Below, one piece after another: positions 1 to 12,200 of a stretch of 53,968 bases of DNA. The stretch is from NCBI RefSeq assembly GCF_001194135.2, contig NC_068994.1:52568879-52622846 (forward strand). Direction: 5' to 3'. Made by a program: the position numbers and the translations under genes. The notes beneath the pieces are model-generated. The model searched no databases and was not told the origin of the DNA. It saw only the letters and a list, made by a program, of their open reading frames with translations. Origin of the DNA: Octopus bimaculoides. Its lineage: Eukaryota. Numbering within the stretch: the stretch's first letter is position 1; each line of letters opens with the position of its first letter.

Positions 1-601
1 ATGATAGAAATGTAGCCCTCCTGATACAGAAGAACCTCTAGGGACAATCGATGAAGCCCACTGTCCGAGACTTCCCTGAAACCCAAGAGCAAGTGCCCTC
101 TCTAATTCCTTTTCTTCCACTTAAATGTCTACACTAAGTAGCACCCACCCTGGCCATTTTTGCAACTTTCACTCGCCTTTCAATAAATTCAGTCGAGGAC
201 AGCACTTCCCTCTCCACTCTCGGTTTCTTTTTTTTTTTTGTTTCAAGTGAAACTTGAAAGAGCCAGTGAGAGCTTTACCAAGTATCTGTCCTTATGTCTT
301 TCAGCCTTGTTCACCAAACAACCAATTTCGCCACAGCCACCAGGCAAAGAAAAACTGACTTGCCTTCCCGATCGACGAAGGGCAGCGGGGAAGTCATCAC
401 TACAAATTCGGCCGACATACGAATCCGTCCCACACGTAAAAGCACGTCACTCTGCGTGCAACTCGAACAAGTCCGTCAGACAGCACATCCGTGCCTGTAG
501 AGTTCATCTCGAACCGGTAGCGCCCCTTGGTAGCACTACCATGCCAAGGACATCTGGAAATGATAATAATAATGAAGATAATGATGATGCTGATGATGAT
601 A

Positions 602-1238
602 AATCATATTATCTCTGGCTGCCCAGTCCTGGCTAAGAAGGAATATATTCACAGACACGACAGAGCTGGGACCTATATACACTGGAAGCTATGCCAACAC
701 TATGGAATAACAACAGAAAAAAGATGGTATAAACACACGCCAGAAAAGGTCACAGAAAACGAGAAAGCAACCATACTCTGGGATATGCCAATGCACACAG
801 ATAGAGAAATTAAGGCAAATAGACCAGATATAGTTGTCAAAGATCATGAAGAAAGAAAATGCTTTCTAATTGATGTATCAATACCAGCAGATGACAACGT
901 TTCTCTAAAAGAAATGGAAAAACTTTCAAAATACAAAGACCTGGAAATAGAGATAACTCGAATGTGGAGTCTAAAAACAGAAACAATTCCTATCATAGTA
1001 GGTGCCTTAGGTATAATAAAAAAATATTCAGACAAATACATAACAAAAACACCAGGACTTACAAATATATATAACATACACAAAATTGCACTACTGGGTA
1101 CTGCACACATTCTACGCAAAACACTTTCAATACAGTAAACATAAGAGCACCACAACAAACCACAGCACATACCAAAGGCACACAGAGCTGCGCTCGGTAG
1201 TGAAGTGAAAGCACGTTATAAAAATAAAACTACTGAAC
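602..1238 (+). mobile_element. 5'-truncated R4-clade (Rex6/Dong-like) non-LTR retrotransposon: C-terminal zinc-knuckle remnant, restriction-like endonuclease and 3' UTR
   Basis: Translation HIISGC..LAKKEYIHRHD...ILWDMPMHTDREIKANRPDIVV...LIDVSIP...EKLSKYKDLEIEITRMW...IPIIVGALG...LRKTLSIQ* (stop at 1138) carries the RHD and PD..D..K motifs typical of RLE LINEs. A ~100 bp 3' UTR follows and ends in (AAT)n. Confidence 0.9.

Positions 1239-1286
<48 letters not shown>
1239..1286. repeat. (AAT)n microsatellite, tail or target of the R4-like element
   Basis: Perfect AAT repeat directly after the element 3' UTR. Confidence 0.95.
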
Positions 1287-2574
1287 TGTTTAAAAATAAA
1301 TAATAGCGCCTCAACGTAGTGGTCTCAAAGGTGTCGTATGTATGACCGACAAGCTTAACAATTATATAGAATGTTTGTTATGGTCAAAAATGAACCCGCA
1401 CCACCAAATGGCAAATAAATTAACTAATAATCTACCAATTATATTGTCAATTGTCCTCGGTCTGCCTGCGTGACGAAATTCACGCTGACGATGATAGCAA
1501 ATTGTTAGAAATAAAACCACGCTTCATTGTTTGTATTTTTAATTATATTGGCGAGGAAACAACACGTTGAACTTTGCTTTACGTTATAACAGAGGGTGAA
1601 TTTGTTTCTATACGAAATAGATAACAAATTTTATTTGCAGTACGTTTCATTCTTTGGCTTGAAGTGTTGCGTGCCTATGTCTGTAGGGTTGAAAGTTTTT
1701 GTCCAAGTTTTGCAGGACTTATTTGTTCGATGTGAATGTCGATTCTAATTATTAATTGCTTGAACTTTTACAGTTCTTAAAGCACCATACCATCATATTT
1801 TGCGGTCTTTTATTGTATTTGCAGCGTGATTTTATCAATTACTTGATTGCCAGCTTCTTCGTATGTGTACTGTTGATAAAACTTCACAATGTCGTGATCA
1901 ACGAATTCTTCTGATTGAGATCCAAAGAAATCACGTACATCTGTGTCTTCTATTTAATCGAAACCGACCAATCACTCGTCCAATTATTACCAATTCTTCA
2001 TAATTTTTTTTTTATTCATGAAGGTCAGCGACGCAGTTATCACGACCTGTTTAATCAACATTGGATATTGACGGAAAAGAAAAAAACTCGTTTGTTGATT
2101 ACATCTTCTAAATATCGTGGTTGCATTTTTTAAATACATTTTCCATTACACTAATAAACTCACATATTATTCTTGGCCGTATTAAAAAAAAAAAAAATAC
2201 TGCCATTTCACAATAACTTATGTCGAAATATTTTTGCTTGTTTTAAAGTTTTTAGTTTATTTTCGTACTATATTGTCAGCAGATATCATCGACCTTGCCT
2301 CAAGGGCACTTACAATAGTTTAATGGTGGCTCTTTAAGAATATTTTTCGTTGTTTGTTCACAGCTGCGCTGAAGTTGCTTGTGCAAGGGAAGCGGCCTAC
2401 GACACTTGGAAATTTTTACCCATTCCTCATAACTGGCTTACATTCTCCCAGCAGCGGAAATCTTGTATGGTTGACGAAATCTCTCCCTTTAAAGTCAAAG
2501 ATTGCCACTATACTGACAAAGCACTTTCATGTCTCATTCTACCCCAGAATATAACTCGATATTTATGAAAACGT

Positions 2575-3075
2575 TTCAATGTGTTCCACTCTAAAGAAAG
2601 CTAATTTCTCTGACCCAGCCATCTATCATCTTACTACATTCACCTCTAACATCGTTAAAGTAATGGTAATATATTTATTAATAAAGACATTCTCTTACAA
2701 CTTGAATCGCTTCCTTCCTATTCTGCATGATTTCCGCAGGACCAGATCCACTGGAGACCTACCTTCTTGTGTCGCTCATCAGTTTGTTCTCGCTTTATAT
2801 TTATATTTTATTCGGTGAAAGCAATGTTGTCCTATACATTAGCATGTCTTACAGTTCTGTGAAGATATTTCCCGAACGCGTCATTCATCTTTTGGATTGT
2901 CAGCGTCGTATTAGCTGGCATCAACGTGAATGTGATGACTGAACTTTTCCCACCCTACTCTCAACCAAATTTAGTGACTCGCCTCTTCCTTCTGAACATC
3001 AACGCCCTATGAGATATATCAAACAACACCCGCTTTTATGCAGATGATACGGACCTTCAAACGTCCGCAGTATTC
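2575..3075 (+). mobile_element. Degenerate CR1/I-like LINE reverse transcriptase fragment
   Basis: Frameshifted remnants: LKKANFSDPAIY (cf. PKKGDxSNPSNYRP), DFRRTRSTGDL, FGES, LFLLNINAL and FYADD at 3034-3048. Confidence 0.75.
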
Positions 3076-3094
3076 CCCCAACCTTGCATAATTA

Positions 3095-3420
3095 TTTATC
3101 ATTTACTTATGGTTTATTACTTGCACATGCAAAGCTATTATTTCTGCAAGATTATTCCTGGGTAGCTTTTCCACAATGTAAACAATTATCAAAAGGTTTT
3201 ATTTAATGAAACCTTCCTTGTTATTCTTAAGCACATCCATCTTTTAGGTAGGTGGTGATCAATAATTGAATATTACTATCACAGGAACCATTTGCAATAT
3301 GTATTTCTGTCTTCCCTGAAGTGAATTTTTCATGCAAATAAATATAATATCTCATATTATATGAGATAAAACTTTGTAACCTACAGATTATGGGCTGTAG
3401 GTTTTATTCTTTACTCTATT
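3095..3420 (-). mobile_element. Ancient R4/Dong-like RT fragment, downstream of the mariner insertion
   Basis: Minus-strand remnants Y(S)PIIC (cf. YRPITC), NGSCDSNIQLLI (cf. KGSRGCKDQLLI) and IKPFDNCLH (cf. YKKAFDSVPH). Confidence 0.55.
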
Positions 3421-3422
3421 TA

Positions 3423-4335
3423 CGAGGTGGTATCAAAAAGTACACGGACTAGTTCTGCAGCACACCAACATATGGCAGCACTCGTTTGCACGCATAATGA
3501 GAGGCAACAGTGACCTTCATGAGGCAGTATACCAAGCAACATCGCAGTGTTTACTTTGCAAGTTGTGAAATTTGTGTTTTTGTGACCACATATATATATA
3601 GCAGTCTGATATTTTTGTCGTGAAACGGAAGTTGGACAAAAGCTCAAACGTGAAATTTTGCGTTAAATTTAGGAAATCCGTAACAAAGCCATAGGATAAG
3701 TTTGAAACAGCTTACGGTGGCTCGTACCGTGATGGGTCGTATACAATGTTTCGTGTAGCACGGGCGCTTTGAAAGGCGATACAGAGCTGCAGCTCAATCA
3801 AGAGCATGCGCATTCTGCTTTGAATATCCGCAGTTTTGGGCATCAAAATTGAAACGCTCACTGCCAGGCTGTCAATCGAGAGGTCTATGCGACATTTTGA
3901 AGCGTTTGAAGGAGGAAGATATGCCATGGAAACAACCAGATCAGTGGAGTTTGAAGAATTGGATTCTTCACGGCGATAATGCACCCTGTCACAGAGTTCT
4001 TTTCACTCGTGAGTTTCTCACCAAAAACAACATGGTATCACTCTGCACCCGCCCTATTGGCCAGATTTACCATCTGTTGACTGCCATCTCCTCCCCAAGA
4101 TGGTCATGCATCTCAAAGGTCGCCGTTTTAGCACCGTTTAGATCCAGAGTGAATCGCAGAAGGTCCTTGACCCGCTTACGGAAACCGACTTCGAGGCCGG
4201 ATTCCAAAAGTGGCAGGAACCAGTGTATATCTCTACAAGATGACTATTTCGAAGGAGAAAATATTAAAACTTAGGTAAATAACTAATTTCTTTTGCTAAA
4301 CATAACTAGTCCTCGAATCTTTTGATACTACTTCG
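3423..4335 (+). mobile_element. Degenerate, internally deleted mariner DNA transposon with TIRs and TA target duplication
   Basis: Left end TA|CGAGGTGGTATCAAAAAGTACACGGACTAGTT matches the reverse complement of the right end TA|CGAAGTAGTATCAAAAGATTCGAGGACTAGTT. Transposase remnants: NVKFCVK, WILHGDNAPCH, PPYWPDL (YSPDL motif), KGRRF and YFEG. Confidence 0.9.
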
Positions 4336-4337
4336 TA

Positions 4338-5450
4338 TATCAGAGATTAAGGTGTTTTCATTCATTGTGGTCTACCATAATATTTTCGATTCTTTCAGTA
4401 AGTTATCAAAAGTTTTTACTAGTAAATATCTATGTACTTGCTTGGTTTTTGAATCAGATGTTGGGCATTTTATCATGTCTCGGTGCTTTCAAGCATTTCC
4501 ATTTTCTGTAATGTCTACTTTACGTCTTGAACTGATATGGCTTCCTCCGACTGTTCATATGTTGCGCTTGTATTTTGATCAATTTGTCTGTAACGATATC
4601 TATAATGCCCATAAACTCCTCCTCCACAATTCGTCTAGTTGCTATTGATATTGTATTGATTTTTATTTTATTTTACCAAGGTATTGATAAAATGGTTTTG
4701 TATTGGGGTCCGACTCTTTTTTGTTCAAAGATCGTTATCACTTTTTATACCATCAAATTCTTGGTGATTTAGTTGAAACCTCTTGTTTCAAACAGTCTTT
4801 GATTTCGACGCCGTCGTCCGCTTCTGTTTTATTATACTATATTTGCATCATTTCACTCAGTATGTTGTTTTTCAATTGTCTTTATCGGTTTCAATGAGGT
4901 TGAGGAATCTAGTCTTTTATATATTTTATTCTCTTTAGTCTCTACGTTTGATTTCAGCCTCGTTGATTTGTCTGGGTTTTAGTGTTCCTATACGAGTAAA
5001 TCAGAAATAATATCGACTTTCCTTTGTTAATATTATGGCTGCTGCATATAATATTTCGTTTTTCTTCTTTTTTCCTTTCCAAATGATACTGAACTCTGTG
5101 TCTGTTTTCATTATGTCTGTGATGGTCAATATTGCTTTCACTTTATTTGTCATGCTATTATTTCACCGTTGTTTTATATTACTGAGAGGTGCATTTGTGG
5201 GTGCCACACACTTCAATACTTTAAGAATGTTTATCTTGAGTCTATTGCGATATCCATAATTCCTGTCTTTATGATTTTCAATTCCAAATACTTCTCAGAT
5301 ACCCTTCAAATGATATTTCCCTTCTTCTGTCTGACTTTTGTCAGTCTGTATTCTAAAGGTCACCAAGTGTCTTTATAACTCACATTGCCTGTTTTACTCT
5401 TGTCAAGTCTATATTCATTATTTAGGTTCTCTATTGATTTTAGTTTTTTG
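4338..5450 (-). mobile_element. Ancient R4/Dong-like ORF fragment (pre-RT and RT start), upstream of the mariner insertion
   Basis: Minus-strand KAPRHDKMPNI*FKN (cf. KAPGxDxIxNFWxK) followed by FDNLLKES...NTLIS up to the mariner TA. Many stops; the distal boundary is approximate. Confidence 0.5.
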
Positions 5451-5977
5451 CTGCTTTTCATATATGTTCTTTCTTTTGGATGTATATACATATTATGTGT
5501 TTGTGTGTGTATGTATACATATATATATNNNNNNNNNNTATGAGAAAAGAAATGGAGCAACAATTAACAATTAGAAGTTGATAATTGGTATTAAAAGGAC
5601 ATACTCTAATTGTACTTCAAGATAATTTACAGCTGTTTCAGTTTGTACGAAGTAAATTTGCATTTATCTTGTTCCATTTAACAAACATCGTCAGAATGGT
5701 TTTAGAGTTTATCGGAGGAATATAGATAGGAGAAAAAGGGAAATGAAAAGAAAAAAGAAAAGTGGAAAAAAGGAAGAAGTTCGTTAAGTCTTTAGTCTTA
5801 CATTTTTGTGCCCTATTTGGGTTCCACGTATGTGTACGTTTCTTCACTTAGATGAATGGAGCCATACGTGAGGAAAATGACTAGTTGATGCATATATATG
5901 TTTGTATGTGTGTCTGTCTAGTATTTATATATGTATATATATGTATATCTCTATTTGCATGTATGTGCGTATGTACT

Positions 5978-6027
<50 letters not shown>

Positions 6028-6579
6028 GCGTGTGTGTGCGCGTGCGTGCTAGCATCTGTCTTCAAAAACTTATATACCTATACTTCTGTTTGTAGAGAGA
6101 AATATTATTGAAATTTTACATTGTGCATGAAGTTACAGACTCAAAATCATACTTCCACAAGTGCAACTCATGACTGGATAAAAGTTATGTGGAAGAGGTC
6201 ACGGATGAAGTACTCCATATTCGTTGTATAGAAACTCTGAACTGAGTAATTCATAAAGATAATCCCCATAAATGACTTACAGTTTAAGCTAGTATTATTT
6301 TCGCAGTAGGAGCTACAGTCTTCTTCGAGTCGCGTAATGCGACACAACTTAGTATCGCATAATATATTATCACACTGAAATCTCTCTAATTTAGGACTGA
6401 AATGAACATAGAACATTAATATTTGATAATAATAAACTAGAGAGGATTGTGAAAGAGATTTACAGTTAAAACTATACAAGATTCAACGGCGACAGCTGTT
6501 CGCAAGCCCTTCTAATCAATAACAGTTTGACAAAAGAAACAATATTGTGAAGTCGATACAGCCTACTTCAGATTTGTTG

Positions 6580-6794
6580 AAGGACGTTTGTTTCACTGTG
6601 AACGCTGTGGTTAAATTTCAACACAAAAGGGATTACGTCATTTCCCCACAGAACATTTATGAAGGTGTCAGAACACATCTCAAATGAGAGAATACAACTG
6701 ATGTCATGGTTTGGGATGCTGTTGCATCTGATGTTCCATTGTGTTCACTGAAGAAGTGAAAAAGAATAACAAAGTTTACCAGTAAATGTTGCAA
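6580..6794 (+). mobile_element. Possible Tc1/maT-like transposase fragment
   Basis: Remnants FTVNAVV...VMVWDAVASD...FTEEV...NKVY resemble the FTVE..N / VMVWAAV / LxFIEEGVKIN..VY blocks of DD37D-type transposases. Heavily degenerate. Confidence 0.4.
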
Positions 6795-7364
6795 AGAGGT
6801 TGTCAAGAAAGTTCTTGCAGTTTTTAACCTTTAAATTCAGATGCACATATCTCAGCTCAAGCAAAACTTCAAGTGGTAGGAAATTGTCGTATACGTTACG
6901 TCTAATTCAGAAGCAAGCTCTCGAACAGTCGTGCGTGGATTGGCTTCGACTAAGGCTCTTAGTTGATCGTTGTCAACATCCGATGGCCAACCACTACGCT
7001 TATCCCCTTCAAGACACTCCTCACCGCTACGAAAATTCTTGAACCACCATTGTGCTGTACGTTCATTAGTGGTTCCTGGGCCAAACGCATCGTTGATATC
7101 ATGAGCTGCTTCAGCGGCTGTTTGGCCTAGCTTGAACTGGAATAAGAAAATTGTGCGAATTTGTTTTTTGTCCATGTTGTATTCAACATTCCAGAAAAAA
7201 TTACCTAAGTGTTCAAAACGAAAAAGAGTAACACGATTAGATAGAGCGAAAAACGGGCTTTAAAATGATATATAAAGTTAAAGTAATTTAACGACAATTA
7301 ATTTGAAAATACATCATTTAAAACCAAAATTAAAAATTCCGCAAGAACTTTCTTGACAAACTAA
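6795..7364 (-). mobile_element. Internally deleted mariner (cecropia/Hsmar1-like) retaining the N-terminal HTH coding region
   Basis: ORF 7175-6852 MDKKQIRTIFLFQFKLG..AAEAAHDINDAFG.GTTNERTAQWWFKNFRSG...RSGWPS..DNDQLRALVEANPRTTVRELASEL is a mariner paired-like DNA-binding domain. Exact 19-bp inverted repeat TTGTCAAGAAAGTTCTTGC at 6800-6818 and 7341-7359; TA at 7365. Confidence 0.9.
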
Positions 7365-7746
7365 TATTAAAGTGTACCAAACCACAAATAAAATTTTCAG
7401 ACGTCGTGTTCCAATTTGAACCAAGAGTTTAAAAATCCATGCACTCCAGTTGAGAAAGATGAAAAGATGAAGGCTTATAGGGAAAAGAAAGCGTGGGCAT
7501 TTTGAGATATAAAAACAAAATATTGTCAATAAATATAATAATCTACCTGTAAACTTTCAAATCAATAACGGTTAAATGCGTACGATGCACCCGGAAAATA
7601 TACATTTACAAGTATTTGAATATGGTATGCTCACACACAAACGCACACTTACAAACACAGACGTACGCATGAAAACACACAGACAGCTATATATTATATA
7701 TAAAGTGTATGTTTATAGATTTATAATTTTATTAATATATGCATGC

Positions 7747-7778
<32 letters not shown>

Positions 7779-8223
7779 CTCCATATTCATACATACATAC
7801 ATACATACACATGCACGCATACATATTTTATTGAAATTTGTTCACAATTCATAGCATTCATTGGTATATGTAAAAAATGTGTGTGTATATATTTGTGTGC
7901 GTGCGTGTGTAAATAAATGTATATGTATGTGTGTGTGTGTGCGTAAATAAATATATATGTATGTGTGTGTGAGTGTGCTTTCTTAAAATTAATCTTTTAC
8001 AGTCATATATATGTTAGTAAGACCACCTGAAGGAAATCCATTTCATTATCAATGAAAACTATTGATTCCCAGTTTTTAGTAATATCGTGGGTGTATTACA
8101 TTGAATGCCCGTAAGTAACAAATCCTGTTTTTGTTGTTTTATTGACATTTGTTTGTTCTGAATACGATACGTAGTGGCGTGACACGAGGTGATTATTGTG
8201 AATATTATGATTATCATTATAAT

Positions 8224-8259
<36 letters not shown>

Positions 8260-8332
8260 TATTACATATGTATAACTATATGCATATATATACATGAAAG
8301 TGTTTTATTATATACGTGTTTGTGTCTGTGTG

Positions 8333-8388
<56 letters not shown>

Positions 8389-9952
8389 TATCTGTGTCTA
8401 TATATATGTGTGTGTGTATAGATTCACATACACACTCACACATGGCAGTCTTTAGCTACCATAGTGTTAGTATTATGGAGCATAACGGTAGAATATTTGA
8501 CCGGATTTTCGTCACCATAACAGATACATCATTTTACCGATTCTGTTGCATGATATTCCGTTTTGATTTCAATTACTACACTCATCACATTTTTATGCAA
8601 CTGTAGCATAGATCTAATACATTTCTGTGCAATAATGAGTGAATATTATTTATTGATTCAATTAACTATTAAAGACTTATATGTTACAAGTTGTTTATCA
8701 AAACAGTCCACCACCAACCGTTACTCGGAAGTGCGTATGGCATAGTAGCTGCATCTTTGCATTCGCATATTACATGGTACCTTTGTAGTGATGAGTCAAA
8801 AAGACATCCTTCGAACGCCTTTGTCGTTGATTCAACCGAACCACCAAGATGTGACAACCTGATGCAGAAAGATGAATCAGCTCCCGGTTGCGGTTAATTG
8901 CAGCTTAAAAGACTGGATGCAACATAAACCCAACTGCGTAGCTCAAAGGCAAATGAACTGCTTGAACCGGAAATTGAATTTATGAGCTGATGATGAAGGG
9001 TCGAGCCGTCACATCCAATAGGCAATAGACTACTGACATTCACCGATGTTGTAAACGATTCGCTTTCTATAATCGTGCGAAAGAGTCAATAGTTTTACGA
9101 CACATCTTTGATCTCTCTTGTGCATTTACGGGCATGGAGGTAATTATGGTATCTAATTATTATTGTCGGTTGCATGATGACCGAGTTCAAATTCCAACGT
9201 CGAGACATGAACATTCCAGATATGATGGTGATTGTATAGATATTTGGTATGTTGGTGATGAAACTGATAATGATGATGACGAGGAACGTGAAGCTGGTGG
9301 CAGTTGTGGCTACGTTGCTGACAATGTTAATGATGTTGATGAAAATACTGAAGAACATTAGAGCTATGATAAATACTTCGAAGGAAGGAACTAAAAAAAA
9401 AAAGAATGAAAGCATACCAAAGATTTATAAAATGGTTGCGTAACATAAAAATACAATTGATAATATATATATATATATATATATATATGTTATATTACAA
9501 AAACATATGAGTATATTTTTTGCAAATTATATATATATAAGTCAATTATGGAAATTAAGCTGATTTTACAGCCATCTTCAGTTAGTGATATATGGAGTAT
9601 AATCAACCTAAATAGAAACGTTATAAATTTTACAAAAATACTCGTACACATGCACACACAAGCACAATATAGATATATATCTATCAGTCAAACAAATGCA
9701 CGCAAGCTTAATATCATACACACACACACATGCAGATATATGTATAATCGTATAGTTATATATATATATACACACATGAACATATACATATATGTATATG
9801 TGTATATACAATATATGCATTTTTAACATCGCCGATTCCTATGGAAGGTATAATTTGTAATCTTCGAAACATAAGTTGGAAATAAAAGTATGCAGTTAAC
9901 ATATGCGTTTTACTCCATTCATTAAATATATATATATATATATATATATATA

Positions 9953-10705
9953 NNNNNNNNNNNNNNNNNNNNNNNNNNNNNNNNNNNNNNNNNNNNNNNN
10001 NNNNNNNNNNNNNNNNNNNNNNNNNNNNNNNNNNNNNNNNNNNNNNNNNNNNNNNNNNNNNNNNNNNNNNNNNNNNNNNNNNNNNNNNNNNNNNNNNNNN
10101 NNNNNNNNNNNNNNNNNNNNNNNNNNNNNNNNNNNNNNNNNNNNNNNNNNNNNNNNNNNNNNNNNNNNNNNNNNNNNNNNNNNNNNNNNNNNNNNNNNNN
10201 NNNNNNNNNNNNNNNNNNNNNNNNNNNNNNNNNNNNNNNNNNNNNNNNNNNNNNNNNNNNNNNNNNNNNNNNNNNNNNNNNNNNNNNNNNNNNNNNNNNN
10301 NNNNNNNNNNNNNNNNNNNNNNNNNNNNNNNNNNNNNNNNNNNNNNNNNNNNNNNNNNNNNNNNNNNNNNNNNNNNNNNNNNNNNNNNNNNNNNNNNNNN
10401 NNNNNNNNNNNNNNNNNNNNNNNNNNNNNNNNNNNNNNNNNNNNNNNNNNNNNNNNNNNNNNNNNNNNNNNNNNNNNNNNNNNNNNNNNNNNNNNNNNNN
10501 NNNNNNNNNNNNNNNNNNNNNNNNNNNNNNNNNNNNNNNNNNNNNNNNNNNNNNNNNNNNNNNNNNNNNNNNNNNNNNNNNNNNNNNNNNNNNNNNNNNN
10601 NNNNNNNNNNNNNNNNNNNNNNNNNNNNNNNNNNNNNNNNNNNNNNNNNNNNNNNNNNNNNNNNNNNNNNNNNNNNNNNNNNNNNNNNNNNNNNNNNNNN
10701 NNNNN
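9953..10705. other. Assembly gap. Other gaps: 5529-5538, 20453-21257, 26132-26930, 28997-29295, 36134-36223, 46393-46517, 47613-47945, 49066-49414.
   Basis: Runs of N; all but one abut (TA)n or (TG)n arrays. Confidence 0.99.
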
Positions 10706-11091
10706 ATATATATATATACATACATATATATATATACATATATATAATGGCTGTATGTATTCGTGCATCGCTTATCAAAGCAATAAAACTGAAGATGCTG
10801 GTATTTTGTTCTAGAAATTCTTAGTGCACTGCGGCAGTGAGCGATGCACAAAATGCAGAATTTGAACAGATATTAAAAGGATTTCGAAAAAGAGAAAATG
10901 AAATCAAATTGTAATACGTATAGAAATCTTTATTATAAATCGCAACAACAAGCGATAAACAAGAGCAACAAAATAATAAAAGAAAAACTCTAAGTAAATA
11001 TACCGAAATACCCGAGATATACCTGACAATGTTAACTGCATTGGAGTAGAGTATAATATTCTTTATATGATAGCATTTTAAATGCACTTAC

Positions 11092-11159
11092 TGCATCATT
11101 CCTTTTGTAAAATATTTACATAAGAATGTTATGAAATTTGGGGAATCATACGATGGCTT
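11092..11159 (-). CDS. Candidate internal exon (68 nt) of an unidentified gene, [22 protein letters not shown]
   Basis: Strong acceptor ttattttacgtctctttgttcccag, donor GCA|gtaagt and an open frame. No homology recognised. Confidence 0.4.
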
Positions 11160-11223
11160 CTGGGAACAAAGAGACGTAAAATAAATATATATATATGTGT
11201 ATGTGTGCATTTGTATGTGTGTA

Positions 11224-11275
<52 letters not shown>

Positions 11276-11874
11276 TGTATATAAACATGCACGTATACAT
11301 TTATGAGGAAGCTGTTGGGTACATATGCATTCCCTGTGCGTAAGAGTGAATCGTAGGATGCAGAGATAAAGCAATGTTAGAGCGGTTTTAGCAAGAGCTT
11401 TGTTGCTGAGTTTATCTGAGTCCTAATACATAATATTGATGAAGGAATGTGTTCGTTATAAATGAGTAGATATGCTTACATCAAAACATTGATGAATAAG
11501 AAAGTTTTTATATTAATGAATACGAAAGTTTTAGTTTGTATCCTAAGAGATATGAATTATATTCTTTATGTATCTCTCTCTATCTCTCTATCTATCTATC
11601 TATCTTTCTATCTATCTATCTATCTGTCTATCTATCTATCTGCTTGGCTGCCTGCTATCCAGTCTGTCTGTTTATCTGTTTGTCAGTCTGTCTAACCATC
11701 TTATCTGCTTCTTGACATCAGCATCTGCATTTGTGAATATGTCTCTATTGAATGTTCCATAAATGTCATGAATACAGTTAATATAGGTTTTGACAAGAAT
11801 GTAGAAATATATCTGCGTATCAATGTATATATGAACTTATGCATACGAATATGCTTATGTATCTCTCTCTCTTC

Positions 11875-11924
<50 letters not shown>

Positions 11925-12200
11925 ATACGTATATACACATATATGTATTTGTGTGTGTGTGTATATATATATGGTAAATTACAGAGGGAATCTGGAATAT
12001 ACGTGTATTTATTATGAATCACTACAATTGTTTCGACACATCTAGCATCCATGCCTCACGGGTGGAACACTTAACAACTGATTCAGGAGTATCCGGGAGT
12101 GCATGTGTGACTTATCGGATGATAAATACACACAACTCGTTCAAATACCAGTTCCGTAATGAATTTTCTCATTTCTTAGACATACATATATATATATATA

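Noticed and set aside
527-601. N-terminal part of the 203-aa ORF (MVALP...MMMLMM)
   Set aside because: Read-through of the flanking microsatellite; not part of the LINE protein
238-636. 132-aa and 68-aa ORFs in a relatively GC-rich block
   Set aside because: No recognisable motif; the end runs into the AAT/GAT repeat and the LINE. May be repeat-derived but I cannot assign it.
1960-2000. Three CCAAT motifs about 10 bp apart
   Set aside because: No other promoter evidence; short motifs are common at this composition
9095-9443. Acidic, Met-rich and hydrophobic ORFs in three frames
   Set aside because: Derived from degenerate (GAT)n/(GTT)n sequence; no splice or homology support
9756-10851. 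Long ORFs spanning N gaps (also near 20.2-21.4, 25.9-27.1, 28.8-29.5, 47.4-48.1 and 49.0-49.5 kb)
   Set aside because: Artefacts of X-translated gaps and (TA)n/(CA)n repeats
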